Source of the DNA: Eledone cirrhosa
Lineage: Eukaryota
Assembly (NCBI GenBank): GCA_964016885.1
Contig: OZ024741.1
Coordinates: 250,914,001-250,978,000 of the forward strand
Length of the DNA stretch: 64,000 nucleotides
Reading direction: 5' to 3'
Notes under the pieces: generated by a model
Database searches by the model: none
Told to the model about the DNA's origin: nothing
Seen by the model: the letters and a program-made list of their open reading frames with translations, nothing else
Part shown: piece after piece, positions 54,886-64,000 of the stretch
Layout: each line of letters starts with the position of its first letter
Numbering within the stretch: position 1 is the first letter of the stretch
Position numbers and translations under genes: made by a program

Positions 54886-57800
54886 TTTCCAGCCGTCCAA
54901 GGGGAGATAATTTCCATCCTTCCAAGGGGAGATAATTTCCAGCCGTCCAAGGGGAGATAATTTCCCGCCAGCCAAGGGAAGATAATATTTAAAAAAATCA
55001 GGCGGAGATAATTTGTAAAAAAAATCAGGGGGAGATAATTTTGTAAAAAAATCAGGGGGAGATAATTTGTAAAAAAAAATCAGGCGGAGATAATTTGTAA
55101 AAAAAATCAAGGGGAGATAATTTCCAGCCGTCCAAAGAGAGATAATTTCTAGCCGTCCAAGGGGAGATAATTTCCAGCCAAGGGGAGATAATTTCCAGCC
55201 GTCCAAGGGGAGATAATTTTTTAAAAAATCAGGTGGAGATAATTTGTAAAAAAAATCAGGGGAACATAATTTGTAAAAACAAAATCAAGGGCAGATAATT
55301 TCCAGCAGTGCAAGGGGAGATAATTTCAGCAGTGCAAGGGGATATAATTTCCAGGCGTCCAAGGGGAGATAATTTCCCGCCAGCCAAGGGAAGATAATAT
55401 TTAAAAAAATCAGGCGGAGATAATTTGTAAAAAAAATCAGGGGGAGATAATTTGTAAAAACAAAATCAAGGGCAGATAATTTCCAGCCGTCCAAGGGGAC
55501 ATAATTTCCAGCCGTGCAAGGGGAGATAATTTGTAAAAAAAATCAGGGGGAGATAATTTCCAGCCGTCCAAGGGGAGATAATTTTCAGCCGTCCAAGGAG
55601 AGGTAATTTCTAGCCGTCCAAGGGAAGATAATTTCCAGCCGTGCAAGGGGAGATAATTTCCAGCCGTCCAAGGGGAGATAATTTCCATCCTTCCAAGGGG
55701 AGATAATTTCCAGTCGTCCAAGGGGAGATAATTTCCAGCCGTTCAAGGGGAGATAATTTCTAGCCGTCCAAGGGGAGATAATTTCCAGCCGTCCAAGGGG
55801 AGATAAATTCCAGCCTCCAAGGGGAGATAATTTCGACCCAGCCAAGGGGAGATAATTTGTAAAAAAATCAGGGGGAGATAATTTGTAAAAAAAAATCAGG
55901 GGGAGATAATTTGTAAAAAAAAATCAGGGGTGATAATATGTAAAAAAAATTAAGGGGAGATAATTTCCAGCCGTCCAAGGGAAGATAATTTCCAGCCCTC
56001 CAAGGGGCTATAATTTCCAGCGTCCAAGGGGAGGTAATTTCCAGCCAGCGAAGGGGAGATAATTTTTTTTAAAAAATCATTGGGAGATTTGTAAAAAAAA
56101 TCAGGGGGAGATAATTTGTAAAAAAAATCAAGGGGAGATAATTTCCAGCCGTCCAAAGAGAGATAATATCTAGCCGTCCAAGGGGAGATAATTTCCAGCC
56201 AAGGGGAGATAATTTCCAGCCGTCCAAGGGGAGATAATTTTTTTAAATATCAGGTGGAGATAATTTGTTAAAAAAATCAGGGGGAGATAATTTGTAAAAA
56301 CAAAATCAAGGGCAGATAATTTCCAGCCGTCCAAGGGGAGATAATTTCCAGCCGTGCAAGGGGAGATAATTTGTAAAAAAAATCAGGGGGAGATAATTTC
56401 CAGCCGTCCAAGGGGAGATAATTTTCAGCCGTCCAAGGAGAGGTAATTTCTAGCCGTCCAAGAGGAGATAATTTCCAGCCGTGCAAGGGGAGATAATTTC
56501 CAGCCGTCCAAGGGGAGATAATTTCCATCCTTCCAAGGGGAGATAATTTCCAGGCGTCCAAGGGGAGATAATTTCCCGCCAGCCAAGGGAAGATAATATT
56601 TTAAAAAATCAGGCGGAGATAATTTGTAAAAAAAATCAGGGGGAGATAATTTGTAAAAAAATCAGGGGGAAATAATTTGTAAAAAAAAACAGGGGGAGGT
56701 AATTTGTAAAAAAAAATCAGGGGGAGATAATTTGGAAAAAAAAATCAGGGGTAGATAATTTGGAAAAAAAAATCAGGGGGAGATAATTTGTAAAAAAAAA
56801 TCAGGGGGAGATAATTTGTAAAAAAATCAAGGGGAGATAATTTCCAGCCGTCCAAGGGGAGAAAATTTACATCCAGCCAAGGGGAGATAATTTTTTTAAA
56901 AAAATCAGGCGGAGATAATTTGTAAAAAAAAATCAGGGGGAGATAATTTCCAGCCGTCCAAGGGGAGATAATTTCCAGCCCTACAAGCAGCTATAATTTC
57001 CAGCCGTCCAAAGGGAGATAATTTCCAGCCAGCGAAGGGGAGATAATTTTTTTTTAAATTAGGGGGAGATTTGCAAAAAAAATCAGGGGGAGATAATTTG
57101 TAAAAAAAATCAAGGGGAAATAATTTCCAGCCGTCCAAGGGGAGATAATTTCCAGCCGTCCAAGGGGAGATAATTTCCAGCCGTTCAAGGGGAGATGATT
57201 TCCAGCCGTCCAAGGAGAGGTAATTTCTAGCCGTCCAAGGGGAGAAAATTTCCAGCCGTCCAAGGGGAGATAAATTCCAGCCTCCAAGGGGAGATAATTT
57301 CCAGCCAGCCAAGGGGAGATAATTTGTAAAAAAATCAGGGGGAGATAATTTGTAAAAAAAAATCAGGGGGAGATAATTTGTAAAAAAAAATCAGGGGGAG
57401 ATAATTTGTAAAAAAAATCAAGGGGAGATAATTTCCAGCCGTCCAAGGGGAGATAATTTTCAGCCGTCCAAGGAGAGGTAATTTCTAGCCGTCCAAGGGG
57501 AGATAATTTCCAGCCGTCCAAGGGTAGATAATTTCCAGCCGTCCAAGGGGAGATAATTTTTTTTAAAAAATCACTGTGAGATTTGTAAAAAAAATCAGGG
57601 GGAGATAATTTGTAAAAAAAATCAAGGGGAGATAATTTCCAGCCGTCCAAGGGGAGATAATTTCCAGCCGTGCAAGGGGAGATAATTTCCAGCCGTCCAA
57701 GGGGAGATAATTACCATCCTTCCAAGGGGAGATAATTTCCAGCCGTCCAAGGGGAGATTATTTCCCGCCAGCCAAGGTAAGATAATATTTAAAAAAATCA

Positions 57801-60800
57801 GGCGGAGATAATTTGTAAAATAAATCAGGCGGAGATAATTTGTAAAAAAAAATCAGGGGGAGATAATTTGTAAAAAAAATCAGGCGGAGATAATTTGTAA
57901 AAAAAATCAAGGGGAGATAATTTTCAGCCGTCCAAGGAGAGGTAATTTCTAGCCGTCCAAGGGGAGATAATTTCCAGCCGTCCAAGGGAAGATAATTTCC
58001 AGCCTCCAAGGGGCTATAATTTCCAGCGTCCAAGGGGAGATAATTTCCAGCCAGCGAAGGGGAGATAATTTTTTTTTAAAAATCACTGGGAGATTTGTAA
58101 AAAAAATCAGGGGGAGATAATTTGTAAAAAGAATCAAGGGGAGATAATTTCCAGCCGTCCAAAGAGAGATAATTTCTAGCCGTCCAAGGGGAGATAATTT
58201 CCAGCCGTGCAAGGGGAGATAATTTCCAGCCGTCCAAGGGGAGATAATTTCCATCCTTCCAAGGGGAGATAATTTCCAGCCGTCCAAGGGGAGATAATTT
58301 CCCGCCAGCCAAGGGAAGATAATATTTAAAAAAATCAGGCGGAGATAATTTGTAAAAAAAATCAGGGGGAGATAATTTTGTAAAAAAATCAGGGGGAGAT
58401 AATTTGTAAAAAAAAATCAGGCGGAGATAATTTGTAAAAAAAATCAAGGGGAGATAATTTCCAGCCGTCCAAAGAGAGATAATTTCTAGCCGTCCAAGGG
58501 GAGATAATTTCCAGCCAAGGGGAGATAATTTCCAGCCGTCCAAGGGGAGATAATTTTTTAAAAAATCAGGTGGAGATAATTTGTAAAAAAAATCAGGGGA
58601 ACATAATTTGTAAAAACAAAATCAAGGGCAGATAATTTCCAGCAGTGCAAGGGGAGATAATTTCAGCAGTGCAAGGGGATATAATTTCCAGGCGTCCAAG
58701 GGGAGATAATTTCCCGCCAGCCAAGGGAAGATAATATTTAAAAAAATCAGGCGGAGATAATTTGTAAAAAAAATCAGGGGGAGATAATTTGTAAAAACAA
58801 AATCAAGGGCAGATAATTTCCAGCCGTCCAAGGGGACATAATTTCCAGCCGTGCAAGGGGAGATAATTTGTAAAAAAAATCAGGGGGAGATAATTTCCAG
58901 CCGTCCAAGGGGAGATAATTTTCAGCCGTCCAAGGAGAGGTAATTTCTAGCCGTCCAAGGGAAGATAATTTCCAGCCGTGCAAGGGGAGATAATTTCCAG
59001 CCGTCCAAGGGGAGATAATTTCCATCCTTCCAAGGGGAGATAATTTCCAGTCGTCCAAGGGGAGATAATTTCCAGCCGTTCAAGGGGAGATAATTTCTAG
59101 CCGTCCAAGGGGAGATAATTTCCAGCCGTCCAAGGGGAGATAAATTCCAGCCTCCAAGGGGAGATAATTTCGACCCAGCCAAGGGGAGATAATTTGTAAA
59201 AAAATCAGGGGGAGATAATTTGTAAAAAAAAATCAGGGGGAGATAATTTGTAAAAAAAAATCAGGGGTGATAATATGTAAAAAAAATTAAGGGGAGATAA
59301 TTTCCAGCCGTCCAAGGGAAGATAATTTCCAGCCCTCCAAGGGGCTATAATTTCCAGCGTCCAAGGGGAGGTAATTTCCAGCCAGCGAAGGGGAGATAAT
59401 TTTTTTTAAAAAATCATTGGGAGATTTGTAAAAAAAATCAGGGGGAGATAATTTGTAAAAAAAATCAAGGGGAGATAATTTCCAGCCGTCCAAAGAGAGA
59501 TAATATCTAGCCGTCCAAGGGGAGATAATTTCCAGCCAAGGGGAGATAATTTCCAGCCGTCCAAGGGGAGATAATTTTTTTAAATATCAGGTGGAGATAA
59601 TTTGTTAAAAAAATCAGGGGGAGATAATTTGTAAAAACAAAATCAAGGGCAGATAATTTCCAGCCGTCCAAGGGGAGATAATTTCCAGCCGTGCAAGGGG
59701 AGATAATTTGTAAAAAAAATCAGGGGGAGATAATTTCCAGCCGTCCAAGGGGAGATAATTTTCAGCCGTCCAAGGAGAGGTAATTTCTAGCCGTCCAAGA
59801 GGAGATAATTTCCAGCCGTGCAAGGGGAGATAATTTCCAGCCGTCCAAGGGGAGATAATTTCCATCCTTCCAAGGGGAGATAATTTCCAGGCGTCCAAGG
59901 GGAGATAATTTCCCGCCAGCCAAGGGAAGATAATATTTTAAAAAATCAGGCGGAGATAATTTGTAAAAAAAATCAGGGGGAGATAATTTGTAAAAAAATC
60001 AGGGGGAAATAATTTGTAAAAAAAAACAGGGGGAGGTAATTTGTAAAAAAAAATCAGGGGGAGATAATTTGGAAAAAAAAATCAGGGGTAGATAATTTGG
60101 AAAAAAAAATCAGGGGGAGATAATTTGTAAAAAAAAATCAGGGGGAGATAATTTGTAAAAAAATCAAGGGGAGATAATTTCCAGCCGTCCAAGGGGAGAA
60201 AATTTACATCCAGCCAAGGGGAGATAATTTTTTTAAAAAAATCAGGCGGAGATAATTTGTAAAAAAAAATCAGGGGGAGATAATTTCCAGCCGTCCAAGG
60301 GGAGATAATTTCCAGCCCTACAAGCAGCTATAATTTCCAGCCGTCCAAAGGGAGATAATTTCCAGCCAGCGAAGGGGAGATAATTTTTTTTTAAATTAGG
60401 GGGAGATTTGCAAAAAAAATCAGGGGGAGATAATTTGTAAAAAAAATCAAGGGGAAATAATTTCCAGCCGTCCAAGGGGAGATAATTTCCAGCCGTCCAA
60501 GGGGAGATAATTTCCAGCCGTTCAAGGGGAGATGATTTCCAGCCGTCCAAGGAGAGGTAATTTCTAGCCGTCCAAGGGGAGAAAATTTCCAGCCGTCCAA
60601 GGGGAGATAAATTCCAGCCTCCAAGGGGAGATAATTTCCAGCCAGCCAAGGGGAGATAATTTGTAAAAAAATCAGGGGGAGATAATTTGTAAAAAAAAAT
60701 CAGGGGGAGATAATTTGTAAAAAAAAATCAGGGGGAGATAATTTGTAAAAAAAATCAAGGGGAGATAATTTCCAGCCGTCCAAGGGGAGATAATTTTCAG

Positions 60801-61639
60801 CCGTCCAAGGAGAGGTAATTTCTAGCCGTCCAAGGGGAGATAATTTCCAGCCGTCCAAGGGTAGATAATTTCCAGCCGTCCAAGGGGAGATAATTTTTTT
60901 TAAAAAATCACTGTGAGATTTGTAAAAAAAATCAGGGGGAGATAATTTGTAAAAAAAATCAAGGGGAGATAATTTCCAGCCGTCCAAGGGGAGATAATTT
61001 CCAGCCGTGCAAGGGGAGATAATTTCCAGCCGTCCAAGGGGAGATAATTACCATCCTTCCAAGGGGAGATAATTTCCAGCCGTCCAAGGGGAGATTATTT
61101 CCCGCCAGCCAAGGTAAGATAATATTTAAAAAAATCAGGCGGAGATAATTTGTAAAATAAATCAGGCGGAGATAATTTGTAAAAAAAAATCAGGGGGAGA
61201 TAATTTGTAAAAAAAATCAGGCGGAGATAATTTGTAAAAAAAATCAAGGGGAGATAATTTTCAGCCGTCCAAGGAGAGGTAATTTCTAGCCGTCCAAGGG
61301 GAGATAATTTCCAGCCGTCCAAGGGAAGATAATTTCCAGCCTCCAAGGGGCTATAATTTCCAGCGTCCAAGGGGAGATAATTTCCAGCCAGCGAAGGGGA
61401 GATAATTTTTTTTTAAAAATCACTGGGAGATTTGTAAAAAAAATCAGGGGGAGATAATTTGTAAAAAGAATCAAGGGGAGATAATTTCCAGCCGTCCAAA
61501 GAGAGATAATTTCTAGCCGTCCAAGGGGAGATAATTTCCAGCCGTGCAAGGGGAGATAATTTCCAGCCGTCCAAGGGGAGATAATTTCCATCCTTCCAAG
61601 GGGAGATAATTTCCAGCCGTCCAAGGGGAGATAATTTCC
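54886..61639. repeat. 3337-bp apparently identical tandem duplication in array 2
   Basis: Constant offset of 3337 (55285/58622, 55950/59287, 56905/60242, 57949/61286). Private variants are shared only by these two copies: GGGGACATAATTT ~55496/58833, CATTGGG ~56078/59415, ATAATATCTAG ~56163/59500. Confidence 0.93.
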
Positions 61640-64000
61640 ATCCAGCCAAGGGGAGATAATTTTAAAAAAATCAGGCGGAGATAATTTGTAAAAAAAAAAT
61701 CAGGGGGAGATAATTTGTAAAAAAAAATCAGGGGGAGCTAATTTGTAAAAAAATATCAGGAGGAGATAATTTCCAGCCAGCCAAGGGGAGATAATTTCCA
61801 GCCAGCCAAGGGGAGATAATTTGTAAAAAAAATCAATGGGAGATAATTTCCAGCCGTCCAAGGGGAGATAGTTTCCAGCCAGCCAACGGGAGATAATTTC
61901 CAGCCAGCCAAGGGGAGATATTTGTAAAAAAAAATTAGGGAGAGATAATTTGTAAAAAAAAAATCAGGGGTAGATAATTTGTAGAAGAAATCAAGGGGAG
62001 ATAATTTCCAGCCGTCCAAGGGGAGATAATTTCCATCCAGCCAAGGGGAGATAATTTTTTTAAAAAATGAGGCGGAGATAATTTGTAAAAAAAAATCAGG
62101 GTGAGATAATTAGTAAAAAAATCAAGGGGAGATAATTCCCAGCCGTCCAAGGGGAGATAATTTCCAGCCCTACAAGCGGCTATAATTTCCAACCGTCCAA
62201 AGGAAGATAATTTCCAGCCAACGAAGGGGAGATAATTTTTTTTTAAATTAGGGGGAGATTTGTAAAAAAAAATCAGGGTTAGATAATTTGTAAAAAAAAT
62301 CAAGGGGAAATAATTTCCAGCCGTCCAAGGGGAGATAATTTCCAGCCGTCCAAGGGCAGATAATTTCCAGCCGTCCAAGGAGAGATAATTTCCAGCCGTC
62401 CAAGGGCAGATAATTTCCAGCCATCCAAGGAGAGGTAATTTCTAGCCGTCCAAGGGGAGATAATTTCCAGCCTCCAAGCGGAGATAATTTCCAGCCAGCC
62501 AAGGGGAGATAATTTGTAAAAAAAATCAGGAGATAATTTGTAAAAAAAAATCAGGGGGAGATAATTTGTAAAAACAAAATCAAGGGCAGATAATTTCCAG
62601 CCGTCCAATGGGAGATAATTTCCAGCAGTGCAAGGGGAGATAATTTCCAGCCGTCCAAGGGGAGATAATTTCCATCCTTCCAAGGGGAGATAATTTTCAG
62701 CCGTCCAAGGGGAGATAATTTCCCGCCAGCCAAGGGAAGATAATATTTAAAAAAATCAGGCGGAGATAATTTGTAAAAAAAATCAGGGGGAGATAATTTG
62801 TAAAAAAATCGGGGGGAGATAATTTGTAAAAAAAAATCAGGGGGAGATAATTTGTAAAAAAAAATCAGGGGGAGATAATTTGTAAAAAAAAATCAGGGGT
62901 AGATAATTTGTAAAAAAAAATCAGGGGGAGATAATTTGGAAAAAAAAATCAAGGGGAGATAATTTCCAGCCGTCCAAGGGGAGATAATTTCCAGCCGTCC
63001 AAGGGGAGATAATTTTTTAAAAAAATCAGGCGGAGATAATTTGTAAAAAAAAAATCAGGGGGAGATAATTTGTAAAAAAATCAAGGGGAGATAATTTTCA
63101 GCCGTCCAAGGGGAGATAATTTTCAGCCGTCCAAGGAGAGGTAATTTCTAGCCGTTCAAGGGGAGATAATTTCCAGCCGTCCAAGGGGAGATAATTTCCA
63201 GCCGTCCAAGCGGAGATAATTTTAAAAAAAAATCAGGCGGAGCTAATTTGTAAAAAAATAATCAGGTGCAGATAATTTGTAAAAAAAATCAGGGGGAGAT
63301 AATTTGTATACAAAATCAAGGGGAGATAATTTCCAGCCGTCCAAGGCGAGATAATTTCCAGCCGTCCAAGGGGAGATAATTTACAGCTGTCCAAGGAGAG
63401 GTAATTTCTAGGCGTCCAAGGGGAGATAATTTCCAGCCGTCCAAGGGGAGATAATTTCCAGCCAACCAAGGGGAGATAATTTCCAGCCAGCCAAGGGGAG
63501 ATATTTGTAAAAAAAATCAGGGAGAGATAATTTGTAAAAAAAAAATCAGGGGTAGATAATTTGTAGAAGACATAAAGGGGAGATAATTTCCAGCCGTCCA
63601 AGGGGAGAAAATTTCCATCCAGCCAAGGGGAGATAATTTTTTAAAAAAAATCAGGCGGAGATAATTTGTAAAAAAAAATCAGGGGGAGATAATTAGTAAA
63701 AAAAATCAAGGGGAGATAATTTCCAGCCGTCCAACGGGAGATAATTTCCAGCCGTCCAAGGGGTGATAATTTCCAGCCGTTCAAGGGGAGATAATTTCCA
63801 GCCCTCCAAGGGGCTATAATTTCCAGCGTCCAAGGGGAGATAATTTCCAGCCAGCGAAAGGGAGATAATTTTTTTTAAAAAATCACTGTGAGATTTGTAA
63901 AAAAAATCAGGGGGAGATAATTTGTAAAAAAAATCAAGGGGAGATAATTTCCAGCCGTCCAAGGGGAGATAATTTCCAGCCGTGCAAGGGGAGATAATTT

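Larger units (their letters stand above)
17519..64000. repeat. Satellite array 2: dimorphic 25-29-bp tandem repeat (type A CAAGGGGAGATAATTTCCAGCCGTC; type B CAGGGGGAGATAATTTGT(A)7-10T), roughly 1,800 units; runs off the right window edge
   Basis: The core GGGGAGATAATTT recurs every 25-29 bp with two alternative tails, in one orientation, with no unique insertions seen. Unit count is estimated as length/~26. Confidence 0.98.
46450..64000. repeat. Second macro-repeat relationship of 11.7-11.9 kb (about 46.5-52.3 kb repeated at about 58.4-64 kb)
   Basis: Offsets 11928 (46694/58622; 48314/60242) and 11692 (49403/61095; 50064/61756; 50859/62551; 51541/63233). Confidence 0.85.

Noticed and set aside
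17498-63962. Minus-strand ORFs with repeated LSPLGRLEIISPWTAGNYLPLDGWK, superficially like a repeat protein
   Set aside because: This is the 25-bp monomer read through three frames (25-aa period). The ORFs are interrupted by homopolymer-length frameshifts and show no sign of codon-level constraint.
17519-64000. CRISPR-like alternation of a constant core with variable intervening sequence
   Set aside because: The intervening segments are only ~12-16 bp and fall into two or three recurring classes rather than unique spacers. There is no leader and there are no cas genes.
17519-64000. G-quadruplex potential from regularly spaced G4-G5 runs
   Set aside because: Loops of ~21-23 nt are far longer than in canonical intramolecular G4 motifs, so the sequence alone does not support this.
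17560-64000. Poly(A) tracts as retroposon tails, or TnAm tracts as intrinsic terminators
   Set aside because: The tracts are integral parts of tandem monomers, with no element body, target-site duplication, GC-rich stem or upstream gene.
1-64000. Assignment to a named satellite family, organism or functional centromere
   Set aside because: I do not recognise either monomer with confidence. It would need BLAST, Dfam or Repbase searches and chromatin data.

Overview
The window is entirely satellite DNA, with no credible genes, RNA genes, transposons or CRISPR arrays. Positions 1-~17518 are a degenerate 7-bp tandem repeat (CACCAAG/CACCAAA, roughly 2,500 units) whose + strand is almost free of T. 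Positions ~17519-64000 are a dimorphic 25-29-bp satellite (roughly 1,800 units by length). Its two monomers share the core GGGGAGATAATTT: type A is CAAGGGGAGATAATTTCCAGCCGTC (25 bp) and type B is CAGGGGGAGATAATTTGT(A)7-10T. Both arrays carry nested higher-order repeats: about 0.44, 2.2 and 3.84 kb in array 1, and about 3.1-3.3 and 12 kb in array 2. They meet at a spacer-free junction with 4-5 bp of microhomology (CCAA/CCAAG) that cuts both arrays in the middle of a higher-order unit. All listed ORFs are translation artefacts of the repeat periods. The pattern resembles eukaryotic heterochromatin (centromeric, pericentromeric or subtelomeric), but I cannot assign organism or function from the sequence. 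The most interesting signals are the junction, the ordered A-run/switch/B-run arrangement, and the constant-length TnAm tracts with a sliding boundary.
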